From assembly GCA_040905425.1 (NCBI GenBank), contig JBBDRO010000080.1:31809-95808 (forward strand): 64,000 nucleotides of DNA, read 5' to 3'. The DNA is from Gemmatimonadota bacterium. Lineage in GTDB: Bacteria; Gemmatimonadota; Gemmatimonadetes; Longimicrobiales; RSA9. Shown one piece after another: positions 59,101 to 64,000 of the stretch. The notes under the pieces were generated by a model. The model saw only the letters and a program-made list of their open reading frames with translations. It was not told the DNA's origin and did no database searches. The position numbers and the translations under genes were made by a program. Every line of letters starts with the position of its first letter. Position 1 is the stretch's first letter.

Positions 59101-59229
59101 GTGAGCACCGGCATCTCCGCGCGCGTCAACCTGATGGGCTACATGGTGCTGGAGACCTACTACGCCTATCCGTTCCAGCGTCCTGAGAAGGGCTGGCACT
59201 GGGGCTTCAACATGGCTCCGGGTTGGTGA
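56152..59229 (+). CDS. Omp85/BamA-superfamily outer membrane protein with N-terminal zincin and PD40/TolB-like propeller
   Basis: Signal peptide; HELVH plus WLVEGMAEY; repeated (W/I/Y)(S/A)PDG; barrel with MRGYD and NLELR; C-terminal Trp. Confidence 0.85.
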   Translation: MTRHLVRAALLTLLAVPMELAVPPTASAQYFGRQKVQYEDFDWHVMHTDRFDVHFYPEAQTATDDAARMAERWYLRLSNAFQHGFDRKPLIFYADHPDFQQTNVIQSMLGEGTGGVTEGLKNRVIMPYTGRYAENDHVLGHELVHVFQYDLAQAPGGGGLTGMSRLPLWLVEGMAEYLSVGREDTHTAMWLRDATLRGELPTIDQLCCDPRFFPYRYGQALWAYIGGRWGDYTVTELYRFSLRFGWDEAVERVLGVTNDELSDAWQTAVRATYLPIVQGRQRPEDAGDPVLVEEGDAAMHLAPAISPDGRWIAYFGRRDIFTVELYLADARTGEVVERLTRSTGSEHYDALAFISSAGAWSPDGSKFAFLVFEQGDNRIKILDVASQKVERTIELAEVGAIQHPAWSPDGRTLAFSGLKGGLSDLYLLDLPSGDLRQLTDDRYADLEPAWSPDGGTLVFVTDRGPDTDFRTLVYGNMNLATYDVATGRMEVLDIFAGSKHINPQYAPDGRSIYFVSDREGFSDLYRLELASGAAFQITRLATGVSGITAMSPAMTVAANDGRVVFSVFEGGGYNVYALPAERAVGERVTAAPAGPVVAGILPPVEAAGTGVVASYLDEPLAGLPPATVEYAVTEYDPGLQLDFLGPPSVGIGVSTFGTGLVGGVSAYFSDMMGDHQLAAAVQAQGTLKDVGAQVAYFNAERRFNWGANAGHVPYLTGQAYFAQDGGQLLYVERLQRIFVDQASLGAQYPLSTTRRFEVNGGVTHLGFDTEERRIPIDPNGNQVGEEERVDLPSPDGVFLANAAAAFVGDNSFFGFTSPVAGQRYRFEVSPTLGDLTYTTALADYRRYLFRTPFTLAFRGLHYGRYGPDAENLVQDGVQLLRPLFLGYHTFMRGYDWNSFSGAECTQIEGGTTCPEFDRLLGSRIGVVNLELRIPVFGVEEFGLITFPYLPLEVSPFVDAGVAWESGSTPDFRFDRNTPDRVPVVSTGISARVNLMGYMVLETYYAYPFQRPEKGWHWGFNMAPGW

Positions 59230-59251
59230 GCGCGAACAGCTCATAAGCGAC

Positions 59252-59289
59252 GAGGGCGGCGCCGATCACCGGTGCCGCCCTCCTTTTTT
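59252..59289 (+). terminator. Rho-independent terminator
   Basis: GAGGGCGGCGCCG/CGGTGCCGCCCTC stem followed by TTTTTT. Confidence 0.85.
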
Positions 59290-59309
59290 CGCCCCGCCTG
59301 CCACCGGGC

Positions 59310-60815
59310 TCAGTTGGCCGGCACCGCCCGGCCGTCCGCCCACGCCCGCAGGGCCGCCACCTTCTCCGCGGCGGTGCGGGAGAGCGGGGCCGTGCCGCCC
59401 AACTCGCGCAGCAGCAGGGCGGTGTCCACGCTGCCTTCACCGGAGAACGCGGTGTAGAGCGCCGCCACCACGGCCTGCTCGATCTCGGCGCCGCTGAAGC
59501 CATCCGCCGCGGCCGCCAGGGCGGCCAGGTCCAGTTCCCCGGGCTCCCGGCCGCGGCGCGCCAGGTGGATGCGAAAGATCTCCGCGCGCGACGGCTCGTC
59601 GGGCAGGTCCACGAAGAAGACCTCGTCGAAGCGCCCCTTGCGCAGGAACTCGGGGGGCAACCGGCTCACGTCGTTGGCCGTGGCCACGGTGAAGACGGGG
59701 GCGCGGCGATCCTGCAGCCAGGAGAGGAAGCTGCCCAGCACGCGCTGCGAGAGCCCGCCGTCCTCGTCCCCCGAGGCAAAAGCCTTCTCCAGCTCGTCGA
59801 TGAAGAGCACGCACGGCGCCAGGCGCTCCGCCACCTGGCAGGCGCGGCGGAAGTTCCGCTCGCTCTCGCCTACGTACTTGTTGTACAGGCGGCCCGGGTC
59901 GAGCTTCAGTAACGGCAGATTCCAATCCATGGCCACCGCCTTGGCGCACAGGCTCTTCCCCGCCCCCGGCACCCCCACCAGCAGGATGCCCTTCGGAAAG
60001 GAGAGGCCGAACGCCTCGGCGCCGGCCGGGTCAGCCACGATGGCCCGCCGCTTGGCCAGCCACGCCTTCAGCCCGGCCAGGTCCGCGATGTCGGCCATGG
60101 TCTCCTCGGCCGGATAGTACTCCAGCACCCCCTCGCGCTCCACGATGTCCCGCTTGGCCCGAACCACGTGATCCACGTCCGCCACGCTCAGGCGGCCATC
60201 CTCCACCACGGCGCGGGTGAGGATCTTCTCCGCCTCCACCAGGGTGAGGCCGCGCAGCTGCATGAGCAGCCGCTCCGTATCGGCCGGGGAGAGCTCGGAA
60301 GTGATGCGCTGGCGGCGGCCCACGTCGCGCAGCACGCGCTCCAGCAGGCGCCGGAAGTCCTGGCCATCCGGCGGCGGCAGCGTCACCGTGGCGGCGCGCG
60401 GCCGGAGCGCCTCCGACAGCTCCGGTGCCTCCAGCGCCATGGTGATGGCGCCCACGCCCGCCTCCATGGCCACGACCCGGTCGGCCAGCCGCCGCGCCCG
60501 CGCCGCGTCCTCCAACAGCACCTCGGCATGGCGCACGAAGTAGAGCGCCTCCACACGCGAAGCGGCCAGGTGGGAGAGAAAGCCGTCCGCGTCCTGCGTG
60601 CCGTAGACGCCGTTCAGCTCGCCGTCCAGACGCAGCGTCTCACCCGGCGTCCAGATGAACAGGGGCAGCGTGAGCCGATCGGAGACCAGACGCAGGAGCG
60701 TGAGCGCACGGTCCTCCTCGGCCGTGCGCAGCACGATGAGGCCGTAGTGGGACCGGATCAGCATTTCCAGGTCCCGGAAGGCCTCCGAGCCCGCCAGGGC
60801 GGCGAGCGGGCTCAC
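59310..60815 (-). CDS. Ycf46-like AAA+ ATPase
   Basis: Degenerate N-terminal AAA module; [22 protein letters not shown]. Confidence 0.88.
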   Translation of the reverse strand: MSPLAALAGSEAFRDLEMLIRSHYGLIVLRTAEEDRALTLLRLVSDRLTLPLFIWTPGETLRLDGELNGVYGTQDADGFLSHLAASRVEALYFVRHAEVLLEDAARARRLADRVVAMEAGVGAITMALEAPELSEALRPRAATVTLPPPDGQDFRRLLERVLRDVGRRQRITSELSPADTERLLMQLRGLTLVEAEKILTRAVVEDGRLSVADVDHVVRAKRDIVEREGVLEYYPAEETMADIADLAGLKAWLAKRRAIVADPAGAEAFGLSFPKGILLVGVPGAGKSLCAKAVAMDWNLPLLKLDPGRLYNKYVGESERNFRRACQVAERLAPCVLFIDELEKAFASGDEDGGLSQRVLGSFLSWLQDRRAPVFTVATANDVSRLPPEFLRKGRFDEVFFVDLPDEPSRAEIFRIHLARRGREPGELDLAALAAAADGFSGAEIEQAVVAALYTAFSGEGSVDTALLLRELGGTAPLSRTAAEKVAALRAWADGRAVPAN

Positions 60816-60843
60816 CCTGCCCTCCGCGTGGGATTGGACCGCG

Positions 60844-61869
60844 TCATGTCACCTCCTCCTGCCTGCTCCGGCTGAGCGTTCTGCACACGGTGCCACCGGG
60901 TGCGGGCAGCGCCAGATCCGCCTCGGGCAGCCCGGCCGCGCGCCACGCGGCCCGCGCGCGTATCGGCGGCTCGAGCGGCGGCTCGTCGGCCAGGCGGAAG
61001 GTGCCCCAGTGGATGCCCACCAACAGGCCGCGCCCGCCCATCTCGCGGTACGCCGCCACCGCCTCCTCCGGCGTCATGTGCGAGCTGCGCATGAACCAGC
61101 GCGGCGCGTAGGCGCCGATCGGCAGGAGCGTGACGTCGAAAGGTCCCGCCCGCTGGCCCACGCGGCCGAACTCCGGCATCCAGCCGCTGTCACCCCCGAA
61201 GTAGGCACGCTCGCCCCCCGCCCCCGCAAGGGCGAACGCGGCCCACAGCCGCCGGCGCTGGTCGCGAGGGCCGCGGCGCGTCCAGTGGCTGGCGGGCAGC
61301 CCGGTCACCTCCAGCCGGCCGCCCGCCGTCTCCAGCGCCGCGTCCTGCCACCAGTCCAGTTCAAGGCTCCGCCGCACGCCGCGCCGGGCGAGCCAGCCGC
61401 GGTAACCCAGGGGCGTGACCCACACCGCCCGCGGGTGGGCGGCGGCCAGGCGCCGCACCGTGGGGGCGTCCAGATGGTCGTAGTGATCGTGGGACAGGAG
61501 CACGGCGTCCACGGGCGGGAGCTCGCCGAACGGCAGTCCCGGCGGGGTGAGCCGCGCCGGCCCCACCCAGGAGAGGGGCGAGGCGCGCCGGCTCCACACG
61601 GGGTCCGTGAGCACGTTGACGCCGCCCACCTGCAGGAGCGCCGTGGCATGCCCTACCCAGGTGACCCGGATCTGACCGGGGCCGGCGCGCGGGTCTGCGG
61701 GATCGGGCCGGCCGCGGGGCAGGTCCTCGGGGGGCGGATCGGGTACCGGCGGGTGCCGGAAACGTTGCCAGCGCCACTTCCAGAAATCCGCCCCCCGCGG
61801 GTGGACCGCTCCCTCCCACGGATTCCGGAAGCCGCCTCCGGGCGCGTGATGCGCCGGGCGCGCACTCAC
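60844..61869 (-). CDS. Metallo-beta-lactamase-fold hydrolase (NAPE-PLD/RomA-like)
   Basis: WVGHAT, SHDHYDHLD, FGGDSG, PIGAYAP, IHWGTF. Confidence 0.9.
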   Translation of the reverse strand: MSARPAHHAPGGGFRNPWEGAVHPRGADFWKWRWQRFRHPPVPDPPPEDLPRGRPDPADPRAGPGQIRVTWVGHATALLQVGGVNVLTDPVWSRRASPLSWVGPARLTPPGLPFGELPPVDAVLLSHDHYDHLDAPTVRRLAAAHPRAVWVTPLGYRGWLARRGVRRSLELDWWQDAALETAGGRLEVTGLPASHWTRRGPRDQRRRLWAAFALAGAGGERAYFGGDSGWMPEFGRVGQRAGPFDVTLLPIGAYAPRWFMRSSHMTPEEAVAAYREMGGRGLLVGIHWGTFRLADEPPLEPPIRARAAWRAAGLPEADLALPAPGGTVCRTLSRSRQEEVT

Positions 61870-63629
61870 GCGGGCAGATCGGGTCCAGCGCTCGGCAGGC
61901 GGAGCGTGAACGTGCTGCCCTCTCCAGGCGAGCTGTGCACCAGGATGTCGCCCCCCAGCAGCCGGGCCAGGCGGCGCGCCACGCCCAGCCCCAGACCGGT
62001 ACCTTCGTAGCTGCGTGTGGTGCCCGCCTGCGCCTGCCAGAAGGGTTCGAAGATACGCTCCTGCTCCTCCGCCGGGATGCCGATCCCGGTATCGTGCACG
62101 GCCACGTCCACACGGTCACCGTGCAGCTCGATGGAGACCCGCACGCTGCCCTCGGAGGTGAACTTCACCGCGTTCGAAACCAGGTTCGTGAGCACCTGGC
62201 GGACCTTGCTCGGATCGGTCATGACCTCGGGACCGTCTTCGGGGACCTCCACGCGGAGATCCAGTCCGCGATCCCGCGCCAGCGGCTCCACGACGTCCAC
62301 GGTCTCCCGCACCAGCTGTCCCACGCGCGTGGGGACGGGATGGACCTCCTCCTTGCCCGCCTCCATGCGCGAGTAGCTGAGCACCTCCTCCACGAGTTGC
62401 AGAAGGTGGCCCGCGGCCAACCGGATCCGCTCGGCGTGGTGGAGCGCGTCCCCCTCCAGGGGGGTCGGCACGCCCATCATGAGGAGCTCCGAAAAGCCGA
62501 TGATGGCGTTCAGCGGCGTACGCAGCTCGTGGGACATGACCGCCAGGAAGTCCGCCTTGGCCTGGTTGGCCGCGAACATGCCCTGGAAAAGGCGCGCATT
62601 GTCGATGGCCTGTCCCGCCCGCGCCGCGATGCCGCGAGCCAGTGCCAGGTCCATATCGGTGAAGCGCCCCCGAGCGTGCGCCAGGAAGGTGATGGATCCC
62701 AGCACCCGGTCCTGCAGGATGATGGGCACGCCCAGGGCGGAACCCACGTCCAGGCGGCGCAGCATGTCCGCGTGCTCGGCGCCGAGTGCCTGGTCTTCGA
62801 CCGGGGCGGCCACACGCTCCACGAGCGCCGGCTCGGCGTCCTCGATGACCGTGCCGCACCCTACGGCGGCCGCGGTACTGCCCGGCCAGCGCGCTTCCAG
62901 CTCCGCGATAAGGTCACCCAGTGCGGGATCACGATGCGCGGCCACCGCCAGCCGTGGCGCTGGGTCGCCGTCCATGAGCAGAAGGACCAGACAGCCGTCC
63001 GCCAGATCCGGCACCACCAGCGGCGCCAGGCGGGAGAGCGCCTCCTCCTGGTCGAGCGTGGCGCTCAGCCGGCCCGAAACCTCCGCCAGGACCGCCACGC
63101 GGCGTTCGGCAAACTCCAGCCGGACGCGGGCGTCCCGCTCGGCATCGAAAGCGCGCCGCACCTCCCGCTGCGTTGCGCGGAGCGCCCGAATGGCCTCCTC
63201 CAACTCCCGGGCCCGTCCGGTGGCCACACCGCCGGCATGGCCGAGCCGCCCGATCACCACGTCCACCAGCCCCGCGACCGCCAGGAACGCAACCAGGCTG
63301 AACAGGCCGGGCCCCTGGATGCCCGCGGGCAGGAAGAGGAAGACGAAGGCCAGGGCAGCCCCCGACAGGGTGGCCAGGACCATGGGGCCCCGTCCCCCCA
63401 CCCAGGCGGAGGCAAAGACGGCCGCGAAGAAGAAGATGAGGAGCGTGTGGCTGATCCAGGGGCGCAGCAGCAGTGACGCGGCCAGCGCGATCAGGACGAA
63501 GACCAGGGCTGTCGCATAGCCCCGCAGCGGACGGCGCTGGTGGGGCGGTACCGCGGACTCGGTGGGATCTACAGTGGCTATGGCGGACCTCCGGTGAAGC
63601 GGCCAGTAAGCGTCAGGGACGCGAAACAC
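61866..63629 (-). CDS. Sensor histidine kinase: DUF4118-like TM region, GAF, HisKA, HATPase
   Basis: 4 TMs, LADGCLV GAF, SHELRTPLNAIIG, NAVKFT, GTGLGL. Start uncertain (see ATA finding). Confidence 0.88.
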   Translation of the reverse strand: MFRVPDAYWPLHRRSAIATVDPTESAVPPHQRRPLRGYATALVFVLIALAASLLLRPWISHTLLIFFFAAVFASAWVGGRGPMVLATLSGAALAFVFLFLPAGIQGPGLFSLVAFLAVAGLVDVVIGRLGHAGGVATGRARELEEAIRALRATQREVRRAFDAERDARVRLEFAERRVAVLAEVSGRLSATLDQEEALSRLAPLVVPDLADGCLVLLLMDGDPAPRLAVAAHRDPALGDLIAELEARWPGSTAAAVGCGTVIEDAEPALVERVAAPVEDQALGAEHADMLRRLDVGSALGVPIILQDRVLGSITFLAHARGRFTDMDLALARGIAARAGQAIDNARLFQGMFAANQAKADFLAVMSHELRTPLNAIIGFSELLMMGVPTPLEGDALHHAERIRLAAGHLLQLVEEVLSYSRMEAGKEEVHPVPTRVGQLVRETVDVVEPLARDRGLDLRVEVPEDGPEVMTDPSKVRQVLTNLVSNAVKFTSEGSVRVSIELHGDRVDVAVHDTGIGIPAEEQERIFEPFWQAQAGTTRSYEGTGLGLGVARRLARLLGGDILVHSSPGEGSTFTLRLPSAGPDLPA

Positions 63630-63706
63630 CCCCGCGGCGGTGCCGAGAGGGTGCGAGCGGCCGCGCCACCGCGCCCGTGGGCGGGGTGGCAACCGTGCGG
63701 GTTGCC

Positions 63707-63904
63707 CTAGCGGGTGCGACGCCGCCGGGCGCGCGCCTGCCGGCGCCGGGCGTCGGCGGTCTTGCGCTTCTTGGCCTCACTCGGCTTCTCGTAGAAGCGC
63801 TTCTTCTTCATGTCCTTGAAGAGCCCCGAGCGCAGGATTTTGCGGCGGAACTGCTTCAGCGCCCACTCGATGCGGTCGCCTTCGTTGAGCTGGATCTCGA
63901 CCAT
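63707..63904 (-). CDS. rpsU: 30S ribosomal protein bS21
   Basis: ALKQFRRK, FYEKPSE, basic tail; GGGAG RBS. Confidence 0.93.
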   Translation of the reverse strand: MVEIQLNEGDRIEWALKQFRRKILRSGLFKDMKKKRFYEKPSEAKKRKTADARRRQARARRRRTR

Positions 63905-63954
63905 GTGTCTCCCGTCGTGCTGCCGATGAAGGCCTGTGTTTTCGTGCAGCCTGT

Positions 63955-63983
63955 AAAATACGCAAGATTCAGGCGTACGTCCA
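63955..63983 (-). promoter_or_regulatory. Candidate sigma-70 promoter of rpsU
   Basis: Minus strand TGGACG-N17-TATTTT. Confidence 0.5.
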
Positions 63984-64000
63984 GCCTCGCGCCGCTCGGC

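Noticed and set aside
59310..61869. AAA ATPase + MBL hydrolase as an anti-phage defence pair
   Set aside because: Both resemble widespread housekeeping families (Ycf46-like, NAPE-PLD-like) and no island context is evident.

Overview
Very GC-rich bacterial chromosome segment. Gene content and order suggest Gemmatimonadota or another FCB-adjacent lineage (inference only). Left end (1-2420): a small decayed insertion holding a diverged duplicate of the 3' part of the neighbouring sigma-54 activator gene, an M20 peptidase remnant, a beta-propeller lipoprotein and an IS1202/ISNCY-like end. 2421-20266: mostly housekeeping (sigma-54 activator, mog/moaB, gcvT, argF, TPR protein, amidase, HI0933 flavoprotein, YbhB, and aroC-aroK-topA-trmFO-xerC-hslV-hslU). 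20509-55845: a ~35-kb minus-strand type IVa pilus region. In transcription order it has pilS/pilR-like genes, a 9-gene lipid-linked glycosylation/tailoring cassette (2 GT2, 2 GT-C, 2 TMTC-like GT-C+TPR, 2 methyltransferases, AsnB), two pilins, a second sigma-54 two-component system, two tandem FimT-PilV-PilW-PilX sets, an extra PilX-like gene, pilMNOPQ and a 1406-aa Ig-repeat/propeller lipoprotein rich in D-(S/T)-(A/I/L/V/M/T) motifs. Divergent from pilS is a zincin + PD40-propeller + Omp85 gene whose sigma-54 promoter shares an upstream motif with the pilA promoter. Right end: AAA ATPase, MBL hydrolase, GAF histidine kinase, rpsU. Best candidate for an undescribed system: a sigma-54/PilR-coordinated surface module linking T4P, TMTC-type glycosylation, a giant lipoprotein adhesin and a protease-bearing Omp85. 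All calls come from motif recognition by eye; no searches were run.
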